Shown here: in pieces, positions 23,745-44,323 of the stretch | Layout: each line of letters begins with the position of its first letter | How positions within the stretch are numbered: the stretch's first letter is position 1 | Assembly (NCBI GenBank): GCA_002269645.1 | Contig: NIVC01000583.1 | Span: 415,196-479,195, forward strand | DNA length: 64,000 nucleotides | From: Macrostomum lignano | Lineage: Eukaryota | Direction: 5' to 3' | The notes under the pieces: generated by a model | The model's database searches: none | Seen by the model: the letters and a program-made list of their open reading frames with translations, nothing else | Told to the model about the DNA's origin: nothing | Position numbers and translations under genes: made by a program

Positions 23745-25339
23745 GGCAGGCAGGCAGATAGACAGAAAAACAGACAGACAGAAAGAGACGCATAAAGCAG
23801 ACAGATATTCAGAGACAGACAGACAGACAGGCAGGCAGGCAGATAGACAGACAGACAGACAGAAAGAGACAGAGACAGACAGACAGACAGACAGGCAGGC
23901 AGGCAGATAGACAGAAAAACAGACAGACAGAAAGAGACGCATAAAGCAGACAGATATTCAGAGACAGACAGACAGACAGGCAGGCAGGCAGATAGACAGA
24001 AAAACAGACAGACAGAAAGAGACGCATAAAGCAGACAGATATTCAGAGACAGACAGACAGACAGGCAGGCAGGCAGATAGACAGAAAAACAGACAGACAG
24101 AAAGAGACGCATAAAGCAGACAGATATTCAGAGACAGACAGACAGACAGGCAGGCAGGCAGATAGACAGAAAAACAGACAGACAGAAAGAGACGCATAAA
24201 GCAGACAGATATTCAGAGACAGACAGACAGACAGCAAGCAGACTGATTGTATTTCGTGACCTTTGTTCCAGAAGTTCACAAAATTAAATGCCAAAAAGTT
24301 TTATTTTTGCACTAATTAATAAATCCTTAATTAGTGCACTTGGATCAGATTTCCAACAGTCAGTTCCTATGTTTTGCTGCTCTCGTTGCCTACTATACTA
24401 CTCACCAGTAGTTTCATTCATTACCGTTTGAAATTCTCTTTCCCTACCAGGTTCTACAGACCGTCCGAGGCTGCCAAGGCCCTCGCTGCCTGCCACGGTC
24501 GCTGGTACGCCGGCCGTCGCCTGATCTGCCGCTTGGCGGATCTCGGCGACTGGCGCGACGCCGTCTGCGGCCGGCACCAGCGTGGCCGGTGTCCGAAAGG
24601 CGACGCCGATTGCTGCTACCTGCATCCGGTTGAGAATCCCGCGGACGCGGAGCGCCGGTTTTTACGATTGGCAAAGCGACGACAAAGTAGACGAAAGCGG
24701 TCTTCATTGTTGACGAAGCGACGGGTCACCGACGGTGGCTGGTCGACGAGTTCGTCTTCGTCGTCTTCTGTTTCGCCATCGCCGTCTTGTCGCCACCATC
24801 GGGCACCGAAATCTTCGCCATCGCCGTCTCGCCGCCACCATCGGGCACCGACATCTTCGCCATCACCGTGTCGCCGCCACCATCGGGCACCGACATCTTC
24901 GCCATCACCGTCTCGCCGTCACCATCGGGCACCGACATCTTCGCCATCACCGTCTTGCCGTCACCATCGGGCATCGACATCTTCGCCATCACCGTCTCGC
25001 CGTCACCATCGGGCACCGACATCTTCGCCATCACCGTCTCGCCGTCACCATCGGGCATCTTCGACATCTTCGCCATCACCGTCTCGCCGTCACCATCGCC
25101 GTCTTCGCCACCATCGGGCACCGACATCTTCGCCATCACCGTCTCGCCGTCACCATCGGGCACCGACATCTTCGCCATCACCGTTTCGCCGTCACCATCA
25201 TGTGCCAGCATCTACGCCGTCGCCCAATTCAACCGCTGCTCGTCGACGCCACCGACCTTCAGCTAGTCGGAGCAGTCGTTCTCGTCGTGGTCGCCGTGAT
25301 GACGACGGACTCGCGGAGAGGTCGCGTCCAAAGGACTAA
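21663..25339 (+). CDS. ZRSR2: U2AF35-related protein ZRSR2/URP (CCCH-UHM-CCCH); exons 21663-22378, 22970-23373, 24451-25339; true start uncertain
   Basis: CEFFQRTGACRFGARCSRRH (ZnF1), PHLRGSVY and GRWYAGR (UHM; PHLRGNVY is typical of ZRSR rather than U2AF1), CGRHQRGRCPKGDADCCYLH (ZnF2), and a long basic/coiled N-terminus. Splice phases 0 and 2 are consistent. Confidence 0.9.
21859..22028. promoter_or_regulatory. Cluster of seven perfect CRE palindromes (TGACGTCA)
   Basis: TGACGTCA at 21859, 21907, 21931, 21952, 21976, 21997 and 22021. Function is inferred only. Confidence 0.4.
22555..22910. repeat. ~30-bp degenerate intronic minisatellite (CCTTGACATCTCAGCAATTCCCCCCGTCAG)
   Basis: Tandem units in ZRSR2 intron 22379-22969. 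Confidence 0.9.
23445..24240. repeat. (GACA)n-based compound microsatellite with higher-order units
   Basis: Fills ZRSR2 intron 23374-24450. Confidence 0.95.
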
Positions 25340-25659
25340 TTAGGCATTTTGCGTAGACTGTTCAGTGTGTCTTAGCCAAACAGATGTGGCCAAAGTACGC
25401 GCTTATGAGCGCTTTTCAGATTGAGGGCTTTCAAAGTTGTACAGTGTAAATCAGCCCTGTTATTTGAAGTGTCGCTCGTTGTTTATTTTGCATATTATTC
25501 ATTGCTGCTACTGTATTTGATTAATGGGTATTGAAATGCATATGAAAAAATAACAGGCTTTTTATTATTGCGCTAACGTAACTTTGATGTTTTTTCTTTG
25601 CTGTTTTGTGCGACTCAGTGATTACTGTTTCTTGCTTGAAGGTTCTTCGAGCCTTGCAC

Positions 25660-26140
25660 CCTAAAAACCGCTCCTCAGCCACCCTAAAAATCACCCCTCA
25701 GCCATCTGATAACCGCCCCTCAACCAACCTAAAAATCACCCCTGAACCGCCCTAAAAATTGCCCCTCAACCACCTAATAATCACCCTTAACGCTAGTTAT
25801 CGCCATCAACAGCCCTAAAAATTGCCCTCCTCCAACCACCTTAAAAATCGCCCCTCAACCATCTAATAATCACCCTTAACGCTAGTTATCGCCATCAACA
25901 GCCCTAAGATCGCCCCTCAACCAACCTAAAAATTGCCCACCCCCAACCACCTTAAAAATCGCCCCAACCACCTTAAAAATCGCCCCCAACCACCTTAAAA
26001 ATCGCCCCTCAACCTCCCTAAAAATCGCCCCTTAATCCCTTAAAATCGCTCCTCAACCACCCTAAAAATCGCCCCTCAACCACCCTAAAAATCGCCTAAC
26101 AACTTTAAAAATCGCCCCTCAACCACCCTAAAATTGCCCC
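25660..26140. repeat. ~23-bp degenerate minisatellite (AAAAATCGCCCCTCAACCACCCT)
   Basis: Tandem units between the ZRSR2 stop and the AMPK start. Confidence 0.9.
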
Positions 26141-26179
26141 TCAACCCTAATGGTCATCTCCCCTCAATGCATGCGATAA

Positions 26180-33488
<7,309 letters not shown>

Positions 33489-33769
33489 CTGATTGCCTGG
33501 GTGCCTTGTTGAACTTTTTAACACAAACCGTTACCTTTTTGCATGCCCGACTTCAAAAGGTGCTGTTCTCAATAACTCTCTCTCTCTATATACTCATGTT
33601 TTTATTTTCTTACTAAACAAACTCGCTTCCCGACTAACCATTTGTTAAATTCGCAGCTTGTGTGATCATGTATTGAGACTTCAGTTACTCAGAATCAAGT
33701 GTCATACATTCTTATAGTTTGGTGCCTTTTGTTTTAGTAATTAGGTGCCAGTTTCTTTGAAATATACGG

Positions 33770-35190
33770 GATTTTCTTAGAAGCAGGTGCCATTTTCTTA
33801 GAATTGTGCGTCTTTTTATTGAAATTAAGTGCCATTTTCTTAGATTCAGGTTACACTTTCTTAGAAAAATGCGCTTAGAAAAATATATCTTATTAATCCT
33901 AGAAAAATATATGCCATTTTCCTAGAATTATTCGCCACTTATAGAACCAGGTGCCATTTTCTTGGCATTGTTCGCCAGTTTCTTAGAATCAGGTGCCATT
34001 TTCTTGGAATTGTTTGCCAGTTTCTTAGAATCAGGTGCCATTTTCTTGGCATTGTTCGCCAGTTTCTTAGAATCAGGTGCCATTTTCCTAGAATTATTCG
34101 CCACTTTCTTAAAATCAGGTGCCATTTTCTTGGCATTGTTCGCCAGTTTCTTAGAATCAGGTGCCATTTTCTTGGAAATGTTCGCCAGTTTCTTAGAATC
34201 AGGTGCCATTTTCTTGGAACTGTTCGCCAGTTTCTTAGAATTAGGTGCCATTTTCTTGGAACTGTTCGCCAGTTTCTTAGAATTAGGTGCCATTTTCTTG
34301 GAATTGTTCGCCAGTTTCTTAGAATCAGGTGCCATTTTCTTGGAATTGTTCGCCAGTTTCTTAGAATCAGGTGCCATTTTCTTGTAATTGTTCGCCAGTT
34401 TCTTAGAATCAGGTGCCATTTTCTTGGAATTGTTCGCCAGTTTCTTAGAATCAGGTGCCATTTTCTTGGAACTGTTCGCCAGTTTCTTAGAATTAGGTGC
34501 CATTTTCTTGGAAATGTTCGCCAGTTTCTTAGAATCAGGTGCCATTGTCTTGGAATTGTTCGCCAGCTTCTTAGAATCAGGTGCCATTTTCTTGGAATTG
34601 TTCGCCAGTTTCTTAGAATCAGGTGCCATTTTCTTGGAATTGTTCGCCAGTTTCTTAGAATCAGGTGCCATTTTCTTGGAATTGTTCGCCAGTTTCTTAG
34701 AATCAGGTGCCATTTTCTTGGAATTGTTCGCCAGTTTCTTAGAATCAGGTGCCATTTTCTTGGAATTGTTCGCCAGTTTCTTAGAATCAGGTGCCATTTT
34801 CTTGGAATTGTTCGCCAGTTTCTTAGAATCAGGTGCCATTTTCTTGGAATTGTTCGCCAGCTTCTTAGAATCAGGTGCCATTTTCTTGGAATTGTTCGCC
34901 AGTTTCTTAGAATCAGGTGCCATTTTCTTGGAATTGTTCGCCAGTTTCTTAGAATCAGGTGCCATTTTCTTGGAATTGTTCGCCAGTTTCTTAGAATCAG
35001 GTGCCATTTTCTTGGAATTGTTCGCCAGTTTCTTAGAATCAGGTGCCATTTTCTTGGAATTGTTCGCCAGTTTCTTAGAATCAGGTGCCATTTTCTTGGA
35101 ATTGTTCGCCAGTTTCTTAGAATTAGGTGCCATTTTCTTGGAATTGTTCGCCAGTTTCTTAGAATTAGGTGCCATTTTCTTTGAAATATG
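33770..35190. repeat. 42-bp minisatellite (TCAGGTGCCATTTTCTTGGAATTGTTCGCCAGTTTCTTAGAA)
   Basis: About 30 units; source of the spurious MAPDSKKLANNSKK ORF. Confidence 0.96.
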
Positions 35191-36269
35191 CGCTATATTC
35201 TCAAAAAATAAATTCTGTTTTCTTGCATCTAGTTGCCACTTTCTAAGAGTTGGTTGTCATCTCATTTCTATTACATTTTAAAATCGAATGCCGTTTTAAA
35301 AAGGTGTAAAAACTTTTTGACTTGCCTGTTTTGCTGTTGCTGTCGCAGTTTTACGCGCCTAAATCTCCGACATTGTACTACTCATTTTCCTGATGCTTGG
35401 AAGTAGTATATACAGTAATTAGTAAGTAGTGTAACATTGCTACATTTTACAGTTATTTTCTGGTCTTCGTTTTTACCACCTTTCTATTTTAGAACTACTA
35501 AATCTATTATATGTCGCCCAATTTTACTTGTTCTTTTACACATAGTTATAAACTGAGTAGTATGAAACGTATTTTACCAATATTTTATTTTGCCGATTGG
35601 TAAAAGAGAATATTATATAGTAATTTGCATAGAATTAATCAACAGTGTTGCTGTGTTGTGATTATTTTGCTGATTTAAGGAGTTTTAACCTGTAGTAGTT
35701 GATTAATTAACCCAAATAAATTTATTTATTTATAGTTTTCTCATTGTTGATTTTTACTTCAGGTGTTGCCTACACTATATATATATATTTCACTTTGCAA
35801 CGCTTGTGTGCTCCTATCTTTATTTTACTTTATTTTAAAAAATTAAGCGATGCAACTACAATTTCTATACCTTAGTATTTCCCTAATGCTTTACTTACAG
35901 TAGAAATAGCGAAATATTGTAGGTATGAAATTAATAACAATACACGTGTAGTTTTGTTTGATACTATATTTATGCTAATGCATTTATCTATGCTACTCGT
36001 ACTTGTAGTAAAAAAGAAGTTTTTTTTAATAGTGCCACAAAAATAATTACAGTATAACAATAGCAAAGCTGTGACTATATAGACAGCATCATCGCAGAAA
36101 TTGCAGGATAACTTAGTAAAATTTTTATCAATTGAAATGTGACAGTAAAAATAATTAAATTTATTAGTTTCCAGGCAATAAGATAGCTAGCAAGATTAGT
36201 TGGTTAGTGAATATTTAATTTATCGACTACATGTAAAAAACTCTTGATTACACCTGGGCTATAAGTATC

Positions 36270-36391
36270 TAGGGCCATGACCTAAATCTGTATCTGGGGG
36301 GCCGTGACCTAACTTTGTATCTCTGGGGCCGTGACCTAAATCAGTATCTGGGCCGGGGCCGTGACCTAAATGTGTATCTGGGGGGCCGTGA
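36270..36391. repeat. Short ~26-bp tandem repeat (GGGGCCGTGACCTAAATGTGTATCT) abutting the left TIR
   Basis: About five units, ending exactly at the CACTAC terminus. Confidence 0.85.
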
Positions 36392-36780
36392 CACTACGTA
36401 TCGCGCCTTTAACGGTTGATTTTCAGATGTTTTGACGCAAAAAAAAGCAAATTATACTACTATCTGAAAATGAAGTAAGTAGTATATGAAAACGGTATCC
36501 TAAGCGTGATATACATGGCAATATGTAGTCGTATTAATCCATGTACTCATATATGTACATTAATCCCATGTACATTAATCCCTATCTATCTCAATTGTCC
36601 ATGTCTATCCCCAATTCTATATGTACGCAGTATGTGCATTAATCTACATGTACAGTGTCATCCCCAGACGGCCCGCGCGCACACCAAAATTACAACTCGA
36701 TACCCTACTACATGTACAGTTGTACAATCTCATCTACTACTACCAAATGAGTCAACTAATTGTGTACCTCACAACGTAAA
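36392..36780 (+). repeat. Left terminal inverted repeat
   Basis: Colinear with the reverse complement of 54880-55291 (for example AAATTATACTACTATCTGAAAATGAAGTAAGTAGTAT, CCCCAGACGGCCCGCGC, GAGTCAACTAATTGT), with substitutions and small indels. Confidence 0.92.
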
Positions 36781-37041
36781 TGTATATTTCCAATGTACAT
36801 TTCTCAGACAGATTTGAATAATACTGGTCGGAGTCTATATGTACATCGATAGCCTCTATACTCATATCCGCCACATACCCCAAAAATTAGGTATGTACAT
36901 TTTCACCCTCGGAGACTGTAGGTTTGAATATGCTGATAATTTATTCAAAATCACTTATAAAATACACATACTATCATATAGAGGCGGGCCTGTACAAACT
37001 CTCGCCAAGCGATGGGGTGGGGGTTGCGTCATCCAAGCCTC

Positions 37042-40000
37042 CCCTAGTCGACCGAAATTACAAGAAATGGTCGAAAATTGCAATCTACTTGCCGAAATTG
37101 TACAATAATTGCCAATTGCGTGCACCTCAATTGCAATTTTGGATAAGCTGATTACAATCGAAATTGCAATTTTAGCGATTTTGCACACGCGGATTGTAAG
37201 TTTTGCAATTTAGACCAATTGAATTGTAATTTATGCAATTTCTGGCGCAATCCGATTGCAATTACTTTCGGTGGATGGACACACAGTTTACTCTGAGTAG
37301 CATGTATGGCTTTTGCCGATGTTCTGAATTTTTAGATTAGAAAATTAATGTAAAGACGATAAACACATGAGAGGATGTTTTTCTAACCAGACTCGATTAC
37401 TATTGGGCAGTTTATAATGTACAATTAGTACAATATGCACGATTGCATACCATTATTATATTTATATAACATTCAAATTAAAGCTGCACAGAAAGTGAAA
37501 CGTTAAAAGTCATTAAAATTGAAATTTGAGTACACACAAAATGTTTTCTCGTATTTTTACCTTTTTCCAACTATACAACAGTCAACAAAAAATCAAACAA
37601 GATACACAACTAGCAAGCAATAAGCGAATTATTGTATGGCGATTGGTTCAAGTGATCTATATTTTGAAAACGATCCGCAATAGATACAATTCTTAGTAGT
37701 GCTTACTCAGTTTTAACAGTTCTTACTCAGCTTCAAGTCATCCCAAATTTAGCCATATTCATGGCAGCAAGAATCCAGTATAATGAGACACAAGTCCTTA
37801 TCGGGAAAAATATTATTGACTGAAACAAACTGATGCAGAAAATTACATCCCACTGGAATAGTGCAGGTGTTAGAAGATGGGCGGCAGATAAACAAGAAAG
37901 TATTTGCTAAACATAATATATCAGCAGCAATAGGTACATTGGATGGATTCAAAAAGTCTTGTAAATTGCAGACATCTAAAAAAATTACATCAGCTAAAAT
38001 ATTGGTGCCATTCAGAAAATGAACTTTCATCTTTCACCATCTTTCAACTGCACAATACATGACTGAGTAGGGGGCAGTTTCGGATAAGAAGTAGCATAAA
38101 AGAGACGATTGTTTTGTGCTATTGCGTAAGCGATAGAAATTGCCAGCAGGCGGAAGGACTGCTTGATAAAATTCTAAACTTAGAAGTGAGCAGCTCAAAA
38201 ATGTGGCTATTAGATTAAGCAGCAGCTCCCTCCATAAGACAGAAAGTGCAACATTTTTGGAGAATGAGCTTTTCACATATTTGCAAAATTTTCACATATT
38301 TAAGGGTTTGTACATCCAAATCAACAGATATTTCATTATCAAGTCTCTCAAAAATTGTCTCAGTACTATAACCTTCTTCAGCAAGGCGGTCAAAAGTTCA
38401 TTCAGCAATTTTCAGGAATTGTTCAGGAACCAGAGAATGACATGGTCAAAACTTGGAGTTGCAAACTTTTAAACCTTTTTGGATGATCTTGAGCGAGAAT
38501 TAATGTGTCAAGAAGTACATGAAAGATGAATAAATATTTAAGCTTTTTTACTATACCAATGAAATCAAATAAACAAACTATAGATCAATACTACTATGAT
38601 ACTAGAGCTATATAGCTATCTATCCTTGTCAATTAATTAATTAATTTTCCTTAAATAGCTATACTGGACCTAATGATTATATAGTCTATACTATAAAGAC
38701 TATTGATATGAACACAATATATTCAATAGAATTTTAATCATGGACCTATTTTCATTGCCTTTGCATGTTTACAATTTTAATGATTTGAGCATTGTATAAA
38801 AAAGAAAATAGCTAAAATGTATCAAAATATAGATCTACAGGGTAGCTAGTTTAGACTGTTATAGCATTGTTGACAAGTTGTGTAGCCTAACTATAGTAGC
38901 TCTACTATAAACTAGGCCTATAGCTAATATAATAGCTACCCAAACATAGCCATACCCATAGCATAGGCATAGGTGATAGTTCAATTAAAAAAGAAGGATA
39001 CCAGTACCAATTAGTATTAGGCTCACCCTTATTGCTTATTATAGTCTAGTAGGCCTGTTGCTTAGCTACTTCAAGTCTTGGTACCTGTCCATTTTGGTGA
39101 CAAAGACAAACCATTTCGGCAATATGTCAATTTGGCAACGACCATTTTGTCAACAAATATAATAGAAAAATTACAAGTATCTACGGTACAGTGAACTATC
39201 CCCAGCTTACATGACCCCCCCCCCAGCAGGCATTTTGTTGAAACTGTTGGGCGGAGTACAAAGCCGGCACCAGAACTCTTGAGGCATTGCTGCTTGCATG
39301 CAGTGGTATGAATGCCCCCATGGAAGAGTAAACATCATATACGAATTGTAATTTTGAATTGGAATTCAAATTTTCTCGTCATTTCTTAAGAATATTAATT
39401 TTTTTTTGTAATTCATTCGTTTTAAGTTTTATATTAAAAATTGTTTTAACATAGTTTTACCAAAGCTTGTAAAGTTTAATGTAAATTGTTTTACACTATA
39501 ATTTGTTTTAACAAGACATTTAATCAAAGGTTGTAAATTTGTGTAAGTTCTGAAATTTTTTGTAGCTATAAGATAATAATACATTCAAAATCCTATTTGA
39601 GAATTGTTGCCAAAATGGTTGTCGCCAAATTGACTTGTCACCGAAATGGGTGTTGCCAAAATGGTTTGTTGCCGAAATGGACTGGATTCCAAGTCTTCAA
39701 TGCTCAAATAATATTTCAAAACTAGCTATACCTAGTACCTATTTAAGTTTCCATAGCAAAACAATTCAATTTAATTAAAGTTAGGCCTAGGCCTAAGGTA
39801 CTTGGTAGCATAGGTATAGACTCATTGGACTACTAGTCTAGAGAGAGCAATTTATTTTATAGTAGGCCTAAGCAAACATATGCAAATAAAATAAAGAGAC
39901 AATTTATTTTAATTATATGAATAGTACTAGCTTTTGAATAGGATGGAAGTTGAAAATCTAGAATATAAAGCAGGATTACCAAAAGAAAAAACTGGCATTT

Positions 40001-40804
40001 AAAAGTTCAAAAAGAGCAAACTATTACCCAAAATTGATATCACTATTAAAGGATTAAGAGTGTTTCAATTTTGATTTGACTTAGAGGCAATATAGCTAAA
40101 AACTAAATATAGCTAAATATAGCTACAATTTTTGAACAGCCCCTGAATGGACTGAATGAATGAATAACCTGAATCACACAACAAATATTAGGTCCATAAT
40201 GTAATCATTAGAATGGCATAGCCTTGCCCTTGGCATCTACATTTGCTTTATGCATTGTGAATGTTAAAAATAAAATCCAGTGCGAAAAGAAAAAACTTTA
40301 GACTGAGACTGAATATAAACACACTACGAGAAAGTTAAAAGAACAAATGGTTCTGTTCGTACAGATGTTGAAACTTTGAAGAAGAAGCGCCGTCAGAGCC
40401 TTCACTCGCTGTAGTCCACATTTGCCGCAAAGAAAATTATACCCGGCAAGACGTTTACTTATTTTGGTTAGATCATTATTTTAATGCGAAGTAAAACAAC
40501 AACAGTATACATTATCAGAACCTATAAAAATAAAGATATTTTCATTCAATAAATATTGTATATGGTCGTAGAAGTATTTGAATATATAAAAACATAGTAA
40601 CACTTTTTTTCTGCTATGTTCTTCTAATCGGATTGCAATTATCGCAAGTCCCCAATTTGAACTTGACTACTTATCAGTAGAATAAGACGGTTCTTAGGCA
40701 CTTATCTAAATTGCAAGCTGATTGCACGAGCGAATTGCAATTTTTACAATTTTTCCAATTGAATTACAATCAAAATAATTAATGGGCAATCCGGTCGTCT
40801 AGGG
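37042..40804. mobile_element. Nested CMC/EnSpm-like DNA transposon with decayed minus-strand coding remnants (~37750-38500, ~40350-40420)
   Basis: 13-bp TIRs CCCTAGTCGACCG and CGGTCGTCTAGGG (12/13), 2-bp TSD TC (37040-37041 and 40805-40806), and subterminal TTGCAAT-type repeats at both ends. CCC termini with a 2-bp TSD are typical of animal EnSpm elements. Confidence 0.7.
39080..39689 (+). mobile_element. MULE/Mutator-like deletion derivative nested in the EnSpm-like element
   Basis: Exact 8-bp TSD CAAGTCTT (39072-39079 and 39690-39697) and TIRs built from CCATTTTGGCAAC-type subrepeats. An internal frame ..WAEYKAGTRTLEALLLACSGMNAP.. resembles the C-terminus of invertebrate MULE transposases (from memory). 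Confidence 0.7.
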
Positions 40805-41854
40805 TCTCCCCAAGCCAGACCCCAAATGCAGGACTGTGTTGAAGCAGTGCTTTATAATTCTATATTGACAGTGCGGATGATACAAGACCTTTAATTGGTC
40901 ATTATCAACTGCTACTGCTGTACGGTATATCCTCACCCCTCGAAGCTCCTATACTAAATTTTGAATCACCCTTTAACTCGGACCATAGTCAAAATTCAAC
41001 CCAAGACTGTTCGAAAACAGCCACCCCTCCGATGTTCACCAGACTCGTCTTCACAGCGCAGACCCTAGCAAATCGAGCTAAATTTTAACACTCGCCCCTG
41101 TTCTCTCTCTCCCCTTCTAAATGCCAAGGAATTTCGACCCTCTCTCCATTTTCAGTGTACAGACAGATCTTTCCACAGCACAGACCCTATATTAAACTTC
41201 ATTCAGCAAAACCCCTCTCTTCTCCGATTACGTCATCCATACCCCTATAGAAGCAGTTAGCAAGAAACCAACTTTTAATGCACACATCAACCCCAAGAAT
41301 CTGAACAAATCCGAGTCCGCCAACCTCTACCTCTACCTGCATTGACAAACCCCAGCTGCATTTGTAAATGTACACAGCCTATGAATCACCGCATGCAATT
41401 CTGATTTACTTGATTCTAAACTTTGTAAATTGTATAAGTCACCCTTGCGTTATACTAGAAGTAGTGAAGTCCACATATTTAAATATTCAATTCTACCTCT
41501 CCGCCTCCCCATGCCTTCTCACTTGAAGCTTTCAGACTTGGTCTTTGAGACGGTCGGTTTAATCTGTTAGAAGCAGGAATGAATCATGCACTGACCTCTC
41601 CATACAAAGTAAAGTTGGAATTTCAAACAAGAAATTTGGTTATTTTGAAAGCTAAATGACTAGAAATGTGCATTTTTTCATAAGAAAATACAATTTTTCA
41701 CCATTTTTTATGCATTTTTACGTTAAAATGCAGACTTTGTTGATCAAAATCAGTAGTTTCATCACTGGAAACCATAATTTCAACAGCTAATGTGTCCAAA
41801 TGTCGTTTTTAACTTGACCTTAGACGGCTTCGAAGCAGGAATGAATCCCGCACA

Positions 41855-42726
41855 ACCTTTGACACGATGGTCCACAACTATATTAGGTATAGAATGTTCC
41901 AGATAGACTTGCCAACAGCCATCACCAGGATCTGCTCCAACTACCTTGAGAACAGGAGTTTTCGGGTCAAAGTTAACAACATCCTCAGTGACTCGTTTCA
42001 AATTATGGCAGGCGTTCCCCAGGGAGGTATACTCAGCCCCTTCTTGTACCTGCTCTTCATTAGCACAATGCCCCATACGGGTCATCCAAACATTAGGAAA
42101 AGTCAATTTGCAGATGACATGGCCATCTGGGCATCTGCCAAGTCCTTCGGAGAACTCCGAAATGTAGTTCAACCCTACCTAAACAGCCTTTGGGCCTGGT
42201 GCGGAGAACAAGGTATCAAAATAAACGCTAGCAAAAGTCAAGCCATAGTTTTTTCCTATGCCCCAGCGAACCCGACTAGAAGGGACATTAGGCCAGAACT
42301 GAAACTAGGTGACGCGTCCTTAATCTACCAAAAAGAAGTGAAATTTCTGGGCATCAACCTTGACTATAAACTCACCCTGAAACCCCACTGTGAGGCTGTA
42401 ATCACCAAATGCAGGGCACTTGTTATGTCAATCCATCGAATCTCCAAACTTACTAAACTCAGCAGTGAGACACTAAAAATGCTCTACAGAGCATATGTTG
42501 AGAGCACCATGACCTATGGGGCACCAATTCTCCAAGTACTCAGAAATGACAGCATCACCAAACTCCAACAAACCCAAAATCTAGCCCTGAGATTATGCTA
42601 TGGTGCTCCCAGTTACACGCAAACTAAATTCTTACATGAGCTAGCGGAAATGCCTATGGTTGCAGATAGGATACTAGACCTGGGCATCGGCTGGCTCAAA
42701 AAGGCGCAAAATGCAAAGGGTCACAG
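41855..42726 (+). mobile_element. 5'- and 3'-truncated non-LTR retrotransposon (RT C-terminal half)
   Basis: FDTMVH, GVPQGGILSPFLYLLFI, QFADD and KFLGINLD RT motifs; cut off by the foldback element. Confidence 0.9.
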
Positions 42727-44323
42727 GGGTCTACGACGTTTGCCTGCGGGACGTTTGCCAGCCGACGTTTGCCTGCGGGACGTTTGCCAGCCGACATTTG
42801 CCAGCCGACGTTTGCCAGCCGACGTTTGCCAGCGGGACGTTTGCCAGCCGAAGTTTGCCTGCCGGACGTTTGCCTGCGGGACGTTTGCCAGCCGACGTTT
42901 GCCAGCCGACGTTTGCCAGCCGACATTTGCCAGCCGACATTTGCCAGCCGACGTTTGCCAGCGGGACGTTTGCCAGTCGGACGTTTGCCAGCCGACATTT
43001 GCCAGCCGACGTTTGCCTGCCGGACGTTTGCCAGCCGACGTTTGCCAGCCGACGTTTGCCTGCCAGAAGTTTGCCAGCCAAAATTTGCTAGCCAATATAA
43101 AGCCAGTTAGTGAAAAATTTGATACTGAAACATTCGCAGTTTAGCGGTTTGACAAAAACCGTTTTTACTCCAACTTTTTGACGGTTATTCGCATATATAC
43201 AAGTTTGAAAGCAAAATATATAAATTATGCAATTTATATAGATTTACATCTAATATCCAGTTTAACAACGATTTTCTTTGAATGTGAAAATATTGTTTAC
43301 TTTTGACAATTGTGTATCGTTTTTCCCAGTTTGAGATGTTTGATTTTTGATGTGCGAAAGAAGACGCGCAGATTACAACGGGAATCTCCAGCGATTAAGT
43401 TATGAGGCAAACAAAAAGAGCTGCTGAGCGGTAATTCTGGCTCATATATTTCTCAGTTCATTGGGAGATCTAAAAGTAAGCAAATTGATTCCAATGCTGT
43501 TGTATTACTACTCAAGTAAGCAAGGAAACCGCGATCTCAACGTACATGTGTAGACGAGTCGAATGCGGTACGTTTTTATAGTAAGCTATATAGCTGAATA
43601 GCCAGACAAGCCGCCAGTAGCAAGCTAGTAGGATAGCAAGCGCTAGACACTACGTATGCAAAGCTTAGTCATGCCAAGGACTACTAAAGTAGAAGTACGC
43701 AGCACTCGAAATCTATGAAAAATGTTTTGAAGGCCATAGGGAGATAGGAAGTTTTCATCTTTTCATCACAACAATTGTTATTGCTTTCATACGAGGCAAA
43801 CCCAATGTTCATCTTTTGATATGTTGTGCCAAAATCGTTGTTAAACTAGATATTAGACGTTAGACTGATGAACTGCATTAATTTATATATTTAGCTTTCA
43901 AACTTGTATACATGCGAATAACCGCCAAAAAGTTGGAGTAAAAACGGTTTTTGTCAAACCGCTAAACTGCGAATGTTTCAGTATCAAATTTTTCACTGAC
44001 TGGCTTTATATTGGCTAGCAAATTTTGGCTGGCAAACTTCCGGCAGGCAAACGTCGGCTGGCAAACGTCCGGCAGGCAAACTTCGGCTGGCAAACGTCCC
44101 GCTGGCAAACGTCGGCTGGCAAACGTCGGCTGGCAAATGTCGGCTGGCAAACGTCTCGCAGGCAAACGTCGGCTGGCAAACGTCCGGCAGGCAAACTTCG
44201 GCTGGCAAACGTCCGGCAGGCAAACTTCGGCTGGCAAACGTCCCACTGGCAAACGTCGGCTGGCAAACGTCTCGCAGGCAAACGTCGGCTGGCAAACGTC
44301 CCGCAGGCAAACGTCGCTATCCC
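42727..44323. mobile_element. Foldback-type element with ~550-bp TIRs containing tandem GACGTTTGCCAGCC subrepeats (probably MULE-related)
   Basis: 42727-~43280 is the reverse complement of ~43830-44323, including unique AT-rich sequence. No ORF in the loop and no TSD found. Confidence 0.85.
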
